NCBI GenBank assembly: GCA_010356995.1
Contig: ML996687.1
Location: forward strand, 1,055,803 to 1,119,802
Direction: 5' to 3'
Origin: Trichodelitschia bisporula
Taxonomy: Eukaryota
DNA: 64,000 nucleotides
Shown: in pieces, positions 37,907-51,836 of the stretch
Layout: each line of letters begins with the position of its first letter
Numbering within the stretch: the first letter of the stretch is position 1
Translations under genes and position numbers: made by a program
Notes under the pieces: generated by a model
The model's input: the letters and a program-made list of their open reading frames with translations, nothing else
Databases searched by the model: none
Told to the model about the DNA's origin: nothing

Positions 37907-39600
37907 ATGGGTGGCGACCTCAACCTCAAGAAGAGTTGGCACGTTGCCCTTTTATCGAACCAGAAGAAGGTGTGGCAAGCCGAGCAAGATGCGCTGGAGG
38001 AGCGGAAGAAGATCGAACTCCTCAAGCGCGAGCGCGAGGAGGAGCGTGCGATGGAGGAGCTCAATCGATTGCAAGAGGAGCATGGCGGGAAAATGAGGCA
38101 GCAGCGTGTCGACTGGATGTACAGTGGTGCGACTGCTGGGCCAGGCGGCACGAGTGAGGAGCAGGAAGCGTATCTTCTCGGTGAGTACTTCCACATGTTT
38201 GCAGTACGGAGTGCTAATGCTATCCAGGCAAGAGACGCGTGGACACTCTCGTCCTCAAGACCGACGAATCTAGATCTGTCGACAAAACTGCGAGTGAAAA
38301 CGCCATGGTCGGGGATTCAAAGGCAAACACAAGCCGTGACATCACTTCAAAGGTCGCCTTGGACCCGCTCCTTGCCATCCAGAAGCAGCGCCAGGCTGCC
38401 CTTGAGAAGCAGATGTCCGATCCTCTCATGCGGCGCCGCCTACTACAGGCGGCTACTGCTGAAGACCCAGCACGCAAGCACCGCAAGCACCACCGCGATG
38501 ACGAGGACCGCGACGGTCGAAGCAAGAGCCGGAGACACAGCGACGAGCACGACCACCACCGGAGCTCTCGCCGCTCGCACAGGCACAGATCCAGATCATG
38601 GTCTCCCGAGCGCTCCCGCCCTTCGCGTCATCATCGCAGATCACGGTCGCCGAGACGGGGCGAGGACAAACGGGATCCGGAGTACCGGAAAGATTCGCGG
38701 CGTTATCGGGAACGGTCACGATCGTGGTCACGATCGCGGTCCCCCCGCCGGGAGGACGCGAGGCGTCGTCGCTCTCGCTCTAGGTCACCTCGGCGAGCCG
38801 AGCGGCGACAGCATGAGTCCGCCCGGGATGAGCGGCCGCGTCGTCGTTCACCCTCGCCATCCCGCGTGGATCCCCGGGAATCTAAGCACAAACCCTCGCA
38901 TCGAACCGCGTCTCGCTCGCCATCGCGGTCGCCGTACCGAAAGGCTGAGCAGAAGACTTCACGTCGGTCACCTTCTCGCTCACTGTCGCCGTATAGTAGG
39001 CGAAAGCGGCTTGCTTCACAATCGACTCAGACCCGTTCACCGTCGCCTTATCGGGCGACGAGACGCGACATAAGCGCTAACCCGCGCGATGGACCTACCA
39101 GCATCTACAACGGCCGGAGGGAGAACAGCAAACGCGATGAAGCGCGCGGGGATTTATACAATGCGGCACCTGACTCTTGCGGTCGCCTTTCTCCCGCTCG
39201 GTCGGCTGCGGGACCACGCCATTCCCGCCCTGGCAACGTTGACAACGGTCATGCCAGCAACGGCCATGCTAACAACGGGAACGGTATCTCAGCGACAAAG
39301 TCAAGCGGATCGGCACCTCTAGCTCAAAGCCAAGAAAAGGCATCTGGTGCTGATGCAGAGCGCGCGGCCAAACTGGCGGCCATGCAAGCGGGCGCTGCGA
39401 AGCTTGAGGAAGCGCGCAATCGCCGATTGGCGGAGTTGGAGGCGCAGGATGCCCTTGAGCGGCAGATGGAGGAAGAGAAGCGGGCGCGGAAGGGCGGCAA
39501 GTTCGTTGCGGGGCTGCGTCGCCAGGCAGAAGTGGTTGGACTCGAGGGGCGGCTTGCAAAGGGGCGCAGTGGGTTTGGAGGGTTCGAGGAGTCCTTTTAG
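37907..39600 (+). CDS. CWC25: Step-1 splicing factor Cwc25 with long RS-rich region
   Basis: [50 protein letters not shown]. Intron 38181-38227. Confidence 0.93.
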
Positions 39601-40133
39601 ATGTTTCACGATGCAAATGAGGCGCAGTGGTTTGGGGGAAGCTGTATATGCTTCTTGATGCTTGATCAGGCATTTTCCGGGGTAGTGTTGGCGGGAGTCA
39701 TGGTACGAGAACTGTAGTCTAAGGAACCTACCGTACCGTACTACTTCCCGACGTATTTGGTGCACATACGAAAACGCGAGTCCAAAGGGGCATTTTATCT
39801 CGTCACGCCATGCAACTTTTTGGCCATCCGAGAAGCCGTCGTCGGAACGTTTACCATCCAGACTGCCGTCTATGGGCCGATGGCTAATAAATGATCCGAA
39901 AGGGGCAAGGCGCCGCACGCACTCACGCGTCGACCCCCTAAACGACGTTGAAGAGCCAATGATAGGACCTCATCTTGCAGCCGCAACCCTCAATGTCAAA
40001 AGTGTGCCAGGGATCGGCCGCTCAACAGGATTCAACGGTCAAACTCTCGCCCACCGCCATTCTCCTCCTCACCACCGTCGCCTTCTTATAACCCTCAGTC
40101 GCTTGGTTTGTGTGTTTCGACAATCACTGCGCG

Positions 40134-41891
<1,758 letters not shown>

Positions 41892-43308
41892 ATAAAAGGT
41901 TGATGGTTCCGGGAGTAGGGGGTGGTTTGCATCCAAGTGTACTGGCGTTTGGGCTGGGGCGCCCTGCGCGGAGGATGCATTATCGGGTGTTCATACCCTT
42001 TGACTTTGGGGCTTTGTAGAGTATCTAATGCTAATTAGTGTGTTTGAATACCTAGACTGCTTGATGTGGACATGTGACCATGGGTTTTGGTGGCTATCCA
42101 GTGGCTTTCTGGTGGCGGCTTGTGCTACCGGTACGGTACGCGGCCCGCGCCACCTCTCGTCATCACGCTCTGACCTCTTCTTCACCTTTTTTTTTTACCG
42201 TACCTTCAACGTTTATCAAACTGTGTGTATCAACTTTGAGCGTCCTGTCATTGGGTACATCCGTAGGCAGTCAATTTTCGGTTCTCGACCGTCTAGTTCT
42301 ATATGGTCGCGAATGGGATCTACAATTGGGGGATTACTTCTACTGCATGTGCTTGAAGGAGGTACGATTTGACCCAGCGGCCGTCATATTTTACGCAGCA
42401 TAGGACAGTTCTTCGACCTGAGTCCAGCACTGCCATCCGCCGAGTTCGCATTTTACGTCTTATATCATACCGAACCATCGCGTGCAATTGCAATAGATCC
42501 TACCATCCGTACACCAATCTCTGTGGTCAATCTTCTCTCACCACGACTTTAATGTCCTTTCCTACGTTTGATTGGCGCGAGCTCTGGAAGCCACGATAGC
42601 GATCTAAGGTAGGGGCATGGCATTCACGGGTGGACTCCTGAAGCTTTGATGCAAAACGTGTGCTCCCGTCAAACAATGGAATTCCGTGCTGACGTGAATT
42701 TGAAGTCGAGAGGAGGTTGAGAGTCCGGCAAGTGGCGGTGCTGACGTGCTGACTGATTTCCTGAGGAGGAGTCTGACAGGCTGAAGGCAAAATACAGTTT
42801 GGGATGCCGTCACGAGGGGCAAAATCGGTGTGGCCGCTGCTCTTCGTTTAGGAGCATTTGAGGCGAGCTGGACTGTTGAAACCAACTCCTGATGTGCGCT
42901 TATTTTCATCTTGTAGATCAATCCCAGATCCTGCGGGAGGTGCATCTGGTTCTCCACGCGAGGTACTCGGAGTAGACATCAAACGAAGAAGAATAACACT
43001 TCAACTCACTTTTGAATGGTTCCAGAGGTCTATCAGCCTTTACGGTAGAAGCACGTTCGGCAGCAATCCGTTGTGGCGTCTAAGAATAAGCAGCACGGGG
43101 GCTAACTATCAATCGCGTATGGTTAGGGCGTCCCATAGCCTTGCAGCATGGCTCAAGTGGCTTATCAGCCTTCGTGCGTGCTAGCTCCACTTTCCTCACT
43201 ATCTTTATGCTCCCCTATTGTTTATCTTAACAACCTCTTCCCCAGTTGCTTCTCCGCTTTCGCGGTGCCTTTACTTTCTCCGTCTCTCTTTCTTTTCCTC
43301 AACATCAG

Positions 43309-44668
43309 ATGGTGACGATCAAGTCCCTCCGCGCCCGCCTTCCCTTCGATATGGACCCCGCGTCCCCGCTCCACCTCGGTCACATCTTCGACACCTATGG
43401 CCGCACGCGCGTGCTGCTCCCGCTGGTCTGCCTTACGGGCGTGCTCTTCCTTATCCTCAACGCGGCATCACTCATGCCATACCAAAGCTACGTCGCGAAA
43501 CATGAAAGCTCCAGCGCCCGGTCGGCGCATGCCTCAAGACAGGTGCGGCGCGTAGCTGCGGCCGCGGGCAACCGCACGCTTGGGTTCCAGAAGGTGTTTT
43601 ACATCTCGCTGCCATTGTGGGTTGCCCCTTATGCTTGCTTCGATGTTTAACTGCGAGTGATGGTTGCTGGATTAGGAAGCTAATATATATCTCGCTAGTC
43701 GCACGGACCGCCAGGATGGCATGAGCCTTATCGCCTCGCTGAGCGGCATCGATGCTACCCACGTGCCCGGTGTCAAGGGCGAGGATATCCACATAAAGGC
43801 GCAGCCGCCCGGGTGGGGCTCGGGGAATGGGCCGCTGGGGTGCTGGCGGAGTCATGCGAATGTGTGGCGGCGGATGCTGGATGAGAATATTGAGACGGCG
43901 CTGATTATGGAGGATGATGCGGATTGGGATGTGGATATCAAGGCGCAGATGGTGCGGGCGAGTCGGGCGATATTGGCGAATCCGAGTGTTGTGACTAATA
44001 CGACGGAGGTGAAGGAGGGGGAGCCGTACCGTGAGTTCAACATTCGTGAGGGCTGGTGATGAGAGGTGGTGCTGACTATGCGCAGGTCGCGACTGGGATG
44101 TCTTTTTCATGGGTCAGTGCTTCTCGCGCGCGCGCAAGCCATGGACCGGTCCCGTGGTTCTGTACGACGACCCTTCGATGCCGGAGTTCGACACGCTCAG
44201 CGAGCAGTTCCAGGCAGACCTCAATGCCTACGGGGCTGCGAAGGGACAGCGGGCGATTGGACGGGCGGCAGATATCATCTGTACGACGGGGTACGCGGTA
44301 ACGAATAAGGGGGCCCAGCGACTGCTGTTTGAGATCGGGTATAAGAACTTTCCGTCGCCTGTGGATAACATGATCTCGTTCCGCATTATGGATGGTGAGT
44401 TTTGATCCGACGTGGGTCTTAGAAGACAGCGACTGACAGTGTAGGGCTCATCCGCGGGATGGTCATGGTTTCGCCGGCGATCAGCATGTTCAGGGTTGGC
44501 GGCATTCGCGACTCCGATAATATGGCTGTTACCGGCGATGTCAAGGACAACTCGGATGGATCGTCGCCGGATCTGCGCAACAGCGTGCGCGAGTGGATGA
44601 AGGGGTATATGTGGCCGGATACGCCGATTGAGCAGTACTGGCCCCCGGTAGAGGTAGCGTCGGGGTGA
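43309..44668 (+). CDS. Glycosyltransferase family 25 (LPS-glycosyltransferase-like), type II membrane
   Basis: N-terminal TM; AAGNRTLGFQKVFYISLP|FRTDRQD; GCWRSHANVW; ALIMEDDADWD; WDVFFMGQC; ICTTGYAVTNKGAQRLL; three introns. Confidence 0.85.
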
Positions 44669-45286
44669 AAAATGGTTTATGGGAGTCTGGTAGGATATAC
44701 TTAGGGTCCTGGGTTGGGATTGACGGATATGGCACGGTCTTTATGCTTCGATTGAGCGACTTATAGCGTGCGTTGAGCGGCCTTTTATGCGGTTGGCGTT
44801 GGTAACGTGATCGGTATGGGTTCTTCGGGCTCTGGGTTACAATAGGGGATGGGCTAGGCTCTGGCTTATTTCGTAGAATGCAAGGAAGCATCTCTATTTG
44901 GTATATAGATATCCGGGAGCTACGGCCTCAATATACCTAATTAGTGACATACACTCAAGTTGAAGCTCGAGCATCGCAACCTCGCCGTCTGGTTGCCCGC
45001 TGTGCATCGCAGCTACCCAAAGCAACTAGCTCTAGCACCTCGGCATCAAAAGCTTCGCAACATCGCACAGCCTCACCTGCCCCACCACAGTCGCATATAA
45101 ATGCAGACCGAACTCGATCTCGTTATACTCGTATTCAGCAGCAGCATGTTCTGCCGCAAGCTGAACTTAGCCTCGTATTAGGTTTCAAAATCAACACCGT
45201 CAGCTCCGCTGCGGGGCGCCTAAAACCCCCGCATATATCAACACCCCCCCCCCCCCCCCTCCTCGTGACACCAAACAACCACAACA

Positions 45287-46425
45287 ATGACGTCCCCACC
45301 CCCCACCGTCCAAACAACCCGCTGGCTCCTCGACACCCGCGCCCTCTGGCCAGGGGACTTCACCACCGCCGTGCGTCCCCCGCATCCCTTCCCCACCCTC
45401 CCCTAACCCACACACAGGCAACACCCTACCTCACCCTCCTGCCCCCGCATACCCATCCAGCAATAACACGCAAATTCCATGCAGTAGACAAACGCATGGC
45501 CCTCGGCTCCGCGCTGCTCAAGCACGCCTTCCTCACCCAGCACACCGGGCTCCCCTTCCCCTCCATCCGCTTCACGCGAAAGCCGGACCCCACGCACGGG
45601 AAACCGGCTTGGTTACCCCCTACGGGACGTGAGGAGGAGGGCAAGGGGGTGGATTTCAATGTTAGTCATGCGGGGGGCATAGTGGTGCTTGTTGGGGCGG
45701 TGGTGGTGGGGGGCGAGGGAGGGGGGAAGGTGCAGGTGGCGACGGATATAGTGCATGCGCCGCGGGATGGGGGGAGGGCGAGGGGGCAGATTGCGGGGGG
45801 GAGTTTGGCGGGGTTCACGGAGCAGTTTACGTCCTTGCTGAGTGAGGGGGAGATTTGGGATGCGACGTATAAGTTACCCTCCCTTACGTTACGGAGTGGG
45901 GAGGTGGTTCCTGGGGCTAGTTTGGGGAGGGCGGATCGGATTATACATGTTGATGAGAGCGCGGTTATGAAGCTTCCGGGTGGAAGGGAGGTTGAGGTTC
46001 TGGGAGAGGATGTGGTGGATGCGAAGTTGAGGCGGTTTTGGACGTTTTGTGCGTTGAAGGAGGGGTATTTGAAGCTCGGCGGGGAGGGGTTGCTGGCGGA
46101 GTGGGTTACGAGGTGTGAGTTCCGTGGTGTGAAGGCGCCGGCGCCGGGGACGGCGGAGAGGTGTGATATTAAGGGGATTTGGGGGGGACGGATACTCAGT
46201 GGCGGGGGATGGGCGTTTGAGGGGGAGGAGGGGGATGAGGAAGTTGAGGTCTCTTTGGATGGGGTTGATCAAGAGGATGTGAGGATCGAGATTCAGGCGT
46301 TTGGGGAGGAGTTCATTATCACGACGCTGCTGCGGCCGGCGAAGGCGCTGGGCGGGAAGGGCGAGTTTGCGCCGTGGAAGAGGGTAGATTTGGAGAGGGA
46401 TATCATGGGTATTGCGAGGGGGTGA
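45287..46425 (+). CDS. PPT1: Sfp-type 4'-phosphopantetheinyl transferase (NpgA/Ppt1/Lys5)
   Basis: MTSPPPTVQTTRWLLDTRPLWP|; DKRMALGSALLKH; HGKPAW; DFNVSHAGG; ALKEGYLKLGGEGL. Intron 45371-45417. Confidence 0.9.
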
Positions 46426-46607
46426 TGTGCTTTTGGGTTGCTACGGACCATATTCTATATCCCCTTGGACACGCGCGATTCGCCCCTGGCGTCTAGCGCC
46501 CGTTTTCCTCCCTCTTCTATCTGGGGAGTCGCAGCTGCGTTGAGCAGCGCGAGCGGCCGCCTGGCGTTCTCGTGGACGCCATGTTGAAACTCCAAAACAG
46601 ATACCTC

Positions 46608-48005
46608 CTACGCCGAACCGCTCGCAAAGTCCTTCAAGTACTGCGCTAGCTTTTGCACACCCTCCACCGTGACCGCGTTGTCTTGCCAATTAGCCATGTC
46701 TCGTTTCATCCATCAGAGTTAGAACTTACAGTTGCTAGCGCGAATACCGCCCACGCTGCGATGTCCCTTCAACCCAGTCAACCCCCTCTTCTCCGCCCCC
46801 GCCAAAAACGCCTTCTCCTTCTCAGCATCGCCGCCCGCAACGCGGAAGCAGATATTCATCCTGCTGCGCACATTCTGCTTCGGCACAACCGTATACACCT
46901 GCGGCGCGGCATCCAGAACCTCGTAGATAAGCCGCGCCTTGAGTGCCGAAACCTCCTCCTGGCCCTCGATCTTACGCGGCCCATACGCATTCACCAGGTG
47001 CGACATGACCTGCCCCGCGATCCAGACGTCGAAGATGGGGAGCGTGTTGTACAGACTGTTATTCTTCGCGATGGTCGGCCAGTCGAACACAATCGGCCCA
47101 ACGGGGAGTCCAAGCTGCCTTAGCAGGTCCGCGGACGCGGGCGTTATGGCGGGCGGGAGGAGGTCCTTGCGCACAATGACGATGGTAATGCCCGCGTTAC
47201 CGACGTTCTTCTGCGCGCCGCCGAAGATAACCGCGTATTTGCTCACATCCACGCGGCGGCTGATGAAGTTGGACGACATGTCCGCGACGACAATGGGCGC
47301 CTCGTCATCAATCGCGTCCTCGGGGAGCTTCTCCAGACTCGCCGGGAAGGAGGGGAACTCAACACCGTCCACCGTCTCGTTGTCGCAATAATACACGAGC
47401 GCGCTGCCCGTCCCGCCCTCGCGCCGCCGCGGCGTGAGTTCCCACTCGCTCTCCGGCGGGATGGCGCCGAACTTGCCGTTGTTGGACTTGCGCGCGTCGA
47501 CCGCGACGTTGACCTTATCGGCCCCAACGAGGCGCGCGGCTTCCTGGCTCGCTTTGAGGGACCACGAGCCGGTGACCAGGTAATCAAGCCGCAGCTCTGA
47601 CGCAACCTCCCCCTGCAGACGCGCCAGGATCTTCGCATCCAGATCGGCCTTGCTCCCCGCCTCCTTGCCATCCGCCAGCGCAACCAGTAAATCCTCCTGC
47701 GCGCGGCGGCGGCGCTTCTCCACCCACACCGCCACGAGATTGTACACGGCGGCCGAGAACTCGCCGCTGCCGCCGCCCTGGAGGAAGAGGATCTCGTGGG
47801 TGGGGGGCACGTCGAGGAGGGTCGTCAGGGCGGCTTTTGCGTCGGCGAGCACGGCGTTGGCGTCGGCGGAGCGGTGGGAGATTTCGCAGATGCCGATGCC
47901 TTGGTCTTTGTAGTTTAGGAGGGCGCTGGAGGCGGCTTCGAGGACGGGGGTGGGCAAGGGCGCGGGGCCGGCGCCGAAGTAGTGGATGTCTGAGCGGGAG
48001 GGCAT
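46608..48005 (-). CDS. SER1: Phosphoserine aminotransferase
   Basis: YFGAGPAPLP, EISHRS, YYCDNETVDGVEF, ADMSSN, FGGAQKN, NSLYNT, LKGHRSVGGIRASN|YNAV. Intron 46683-46729 (AAG acceptor). Confidence 0.96.
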
Positions 48006-48296
48006 GATGGCTGTGGTTGACTGTGGCTGGCAATTGGCGATGATTTGAAGGAGTGAGGGAAGGGAATTGCTGGAGAAGGAATTGAAGAGATAAAATGGTG
48101 TCACCTCAATGCGCAAGGCTTTGGAGTCACTGGCGGCGAAGTCGTACGTAAAACTCCATCTTTACCCCGCCGAAGTCGGTAGCGGGGGAGGAGAGCCGCC
48201 AAGCGTCTGATGGCGTACCCTTACCCCACGCTGGACCAACAGGCTATGACACACTCCCAGAGCAGACCAAATACGAGAGATGAGCCATCAAAAGCA

Positions 48297-49119
48297 ATGG
48301 CCGATGCTTCACTGCCGCCCTTTCCGTTCTTGAGTCATCAGAAGTTTGCTTGGACGTGTGAAGCGTTCGTATGGGCGTTTGATCAATGTGAAGATCAAGA
48401 GGACTGGAGATCGGCGAGGATCGTCAAGAGTGTCAGCATAGATGCTGTCCTATATGTATGAAATACTTACATGAACTTAGCCTACTGGGCCCTGCCTGCG
48501 AATCATACGAGAAGTTAGGCCTGATCATGAAGCGCCAGATCCGTTGCCAGAGCTAGAGGACCACGATTCAGATCCGGTACGACCAAATGTCAACCTCTCT
48601 CGCCTTTGACAGTGTGCTGATTCGAAAAAGGAAGCACTGGTTCGACCTCCCTCTGCACCTTTCCTTACTGTAGAGTATGACATCCATCTCTCGCCGACTT
48701 ACCAAGTTCCAACCCTCTACTTCTCCATCCGGGATGCCTTTGGTCAGCCCATCATGTCCGTCGACACCATCTACCGGCTTCTTGTCTCCGGCTACCATGC
48801 ACCTGAACTGCGGGCGACTGGTATAATGGGTGGCTTAGGCATGGTGGTATGTTGATGAATTTCGTGCATGACTCTACTCTGACGGGCCCAGAACCATCCT
48901 ATGACGGATAGACCAGTGTTCTTCATTCATCCATGCCAAACGGCCGACGCCCTAAGCGCCATTGGAGGTGAACGAGAGGTGCTCTTGGTAGAGTATCTCT
49001 TCATGTGGATGGGGGTGATTGGGGCTTGCGTGGGCCTCAACGTGCCTTTGCAAATGGCTCAAGCGCTTGGGATGACAACCTGGAAAGAGGACATCGACTC
49101 AAAGGACGAGGTTGGGTGA
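48297..49119 (+). CDS. ATG10: Autophagy E2-like conjugating enzyme Atg10
   Basis: FPFLSHQKF; VEYDIHLSPTYQVPTLYF; NHPMTDRPVFFIHPC (catalytic HPC); YLFMWMGVIGACVGLNVP. Introns ~48432-48480, 48577-48630, 48847-48891. Start could instead be 48210 or 48246. Confidence 0.85.
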
Positions 49120-49727
49120 GTTCAGGACTTCTTAATATCCACACACCAAAACAGGAATGCGATCTGCAACCGAGCCTCCGGCATGGCCCGAGCAATGTGA
49201 CATCGGGATCGTTATACATCCTTGCAGGAGGAAGCTGGGATTGGGGAAGGAAGAGGAACGCGCCGAGATGTCGATAAGTTCATGTAACAGGAAGCGAAAG
49301 CGCGTCGCAACAAGTGAATAGACAGAATTCTAGATGATAGTTAACGTGAAGGCGAGGGTCACACACTGTGGATATAGAAAGGAATATGAAGTTGTTGCAA
49401 TGGGGTCAAGGAACAAGTAACTGGAACTCGGCATCGACTTCCTTGCTGTTGACCCCCCCTGCTCCCGTGACCAGGTTCTCGGAGCGGGTCCTTTTCGCGC
49501 CGAGCCTGGCATCGCAACCTCACCCAGGAAGCAACACCACCACCCTATCCCTCATCCCGCTCGCCTAGAACCACCACACCGCAACGCCTCCGACTCCCCG
49601 AGTCCTCGGATCTCGAACTGTGGCCGCTCGCCAAACGCTCTTCGGCATCACAACCGCGCCCCTGCGACAATTGGCCCAGCCATCCGGCGTCACCGATTCA
49701 CAACAAAGAACCGCACACCACCTCACG

Positions 49728-50128
49728 ATGCCGCCCTTACTCCGCTCCCACGCTGCCCGCTGCGTCCTGCGCCGCCCGACCGGAGCTGCTCCGACAATCC
49801 GCCCTTTCACCGCGTCGCGCGAGGTGCGCGGCGGCAGCGGCCACGGCAGCCACTACGATCCGCCGACGGGGTGGCTGTGGGGCATCGAGCCGGGGACTAA
49901 GTACCAGCCTGAGGGATGGGAACAGATCACCTGGTGGGGCTTCTGCGGGGGCTTGACGTTGGCGGTGGTTGCCTATGCGTTCAAGCCGGATACCAGGTGC
50001 GTTTTGGGAGAGGTGGTGACTGGGTGGCGATGAGCTGACATCTTTGCAGCATACAGACTTGGGCGCTTGAGGAGGCGAGGAGACGGCTTGAGGCAGAGGG
50101 CATTCTGGAGGACCCGGAGAAGAAGTAG
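49728..50128 (+). CDS. Complex I accessory subunit ESSS (NDUFB11-like)
   Basis: Mitochondrial presequence; YDPPTGWLWG, EGWE, TM, YAFKPDT|SIQTWALEEARRRLEAEG. Intron ~49997-50049. Confidence 0.9.
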
Positions 50129-50744
50129 TCCGGCTTGTGTGACGATCTCCGGCTGTGGCGCGCCACCGTGGGGTTTGAGCTACGACTGTGTGAGCTGGGA
50201 GCTGGATTGCCGCGCGGGGTAGACGCGTGTACATATTTTACTTTGAACGCATGCTGCCACTCGGGCGGGAACCGTAGACGGGTTTGTTTGCAGTCTTGCG
50301 GCTGCTGAATTGAGATTATGCCTTGATACCTGGACAGTGGTTGAGTGCTCGGTTGTGGCGACGACAAGCTCTAAGATCTGGGCTTGCGGGAACGATTAGG
50401 ATTTCAGACTCGTGCATGAGCTGATGGGTACAGGTGGTTCGACGTTCGTCCAGTTTAGCTTATCGTAGTTTCTCCAAGGTTGCGGCAATCAACGCATGAT
50501 GCGGTGACGCTTTGGATGCCTCGCCCACTTCACTTACGCACAAGAAATCAACAGTGCCAGATGGCGCTCTATCGCTACCGCCGACGAACCATCGACTACA
50601 TCAGAATCGATCACCGTGCTTTCTTTCTCAATGGCTTGTTTTCAATTTGTAAATGTAGTGCCTACGCCCCACTGGCAATGATGGTATCAGTCCATGTGCC
50701 CACCGCCCTACGCCGATGCATGTCCAACACTCCTAACCCACCCT

Positions 50745-51836
50745 CTACGCCCTTTCAAAAGGATACCCCTCCCCATCAACCCCCTCCCCAAACCCATGCA
50801 CGTTCTTCACCGCCTCCAGCACCCGGGCATGCACCTCCACCGGCGCAACCACATTCCCCAGATTCGCAGAACACCTCCTCCCGCGGGAAAAATCAATACA
50901 CTTCCCAAACACATCCGTCACCCGATACCCCGTCTCCTCAACCAGCAACTGACCCCCCGCATGATCCCACACCGCTGTCCGATGCCCCGCATACGTCGGA
51001 ATCCGCACCATAACGTCATGGCCCCCGACAGCGACGGCTACGTACTTCATCTGCAAGCTCCACAGATTCGTCGCCCGCGCCTTGATCCCCAGTAGCTCGT
51101 TCACCCGCTCATGCGCCCCCGTATCCATCGTCGGACTCGCAAATGCATCTACCGTCTTTAGCCCCGCGATATCACCCACCTCCTTGCGCAACGGGATAGG
51201 GACCCGTGGTTCCAACACATCCCACGTGAGGCGCTGCATCCATGCGCCCTCGCCCTGAACGGCGGAAAGCAACCACCCGCTCTCGCCCTCGCGCGGAAGC
51301 GTAGTCTCGCTAATCGGCCCCTGATCCAGCGCCATATTCGGACATCCCAGCACGGCGAGCCGCTGCACCCCATCTTCCACCAGTGCCAGGCACACCGCGT
51401 ACTGCCCCCCGCGCACGAAAGCCTCGGTCCCATCAATCGGGTCCATGATCCAGGTTCTCCCAGGCCCACCCCGGCTAGCACCCATATCAATAATGCGCAG
51501 CATGTCCTCCCTGTCCTTAGGCAGCGCGAGGGATGCGGCAGCCGGGTCGGAGATACGTGTCGTGGTTAGCAGTGTCCATATGTGCTCGATGAGCGCGGGG
51601 GCGGAGCGCAGTTGCTGCGAGGATTCTTCGGCAATGAAAGTATCGTGCGGGAAGGCGGCGTGGAGGGCGGCGATGAGGGAGGCTTGGGCGGCGAAGTCGG
51701 CGGCGGTGGTTATGGGGCTTGATGCGTCTTTGAGGAGGGAGGCGGAGGAGCGGGTTGAGGGGGAGAGGGCGGTGGTTATGCGGCTTGCGCGTTGGACGGC
51801 GAGGGTTGCGATGCGGAGTTCGGTTTCGAAGGCCAT
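50745..51836 (-). CDS. 3'(2'),5'-bisphosphate nucleotidase (Met22/Hal2-like, inositol monophosphatase family), possibly a divergent paralog
   Basis: ELRIATLAVQRAS, SPITTAADFAAQA, IAEES, WIMDPIDGT, QYAVCLAL, LGCPN, WDHAGG. Confidence 0.88.
   Translation of the reverse strand: MAFETELRIATLAVQRASRITTALSPSTRSSASLLKDASSPITTAADFAAQASLIAALHAAFPHDTFIAEESSQQLRSAPALIEHIWTLLTTTRISDPAAASLALPKDREDMLRIIDMGASRGGPGRTWIMDPIDGTEAFVRGGQYAVCLALVEDGVQRLAVLGCPNMALDQGPISETTLPREGESGWLLSAVQGEGAWMQRLTWDVLEPRVPIPLRKEVGDIAGLKTVDAFASPTMDTGAHERVNELLGIKARATNLWSLQMKYVAVAVGGHDVMVRIPTYAGHRTAVWDHAGGQLLVEETGYRVTDVFGKCIDFSRGRRCSANLGNVVAPVEVHARVLEAVKNVHGFGEGVDGEGYPFERA

Noticed and set aside
44770..44800. GCCTTTTAT resembling U5 snRNA loop 1
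   Set aside because: Weak flanking stem and no Sm site; it lies in the GT25 3' UTR. I found no U1, U2, U4 or U6 signature in the window.
44944..45286. Long N-terminal extensions given by the ORF track for PPT1, LSM8 (53556), TFG1 (12311), PRP2 (8405) and SER1 (48116)
   Set aside because: Artifacts of GTG/TTG starts or of reading through introns; the conserved starts are downstream ATGs in good context.
49470..49490. CCAGG..GGAGC resembling SRP RNA helix 8
   Set aside because: Lacks the GNRA tetraloop and an Alu domain.
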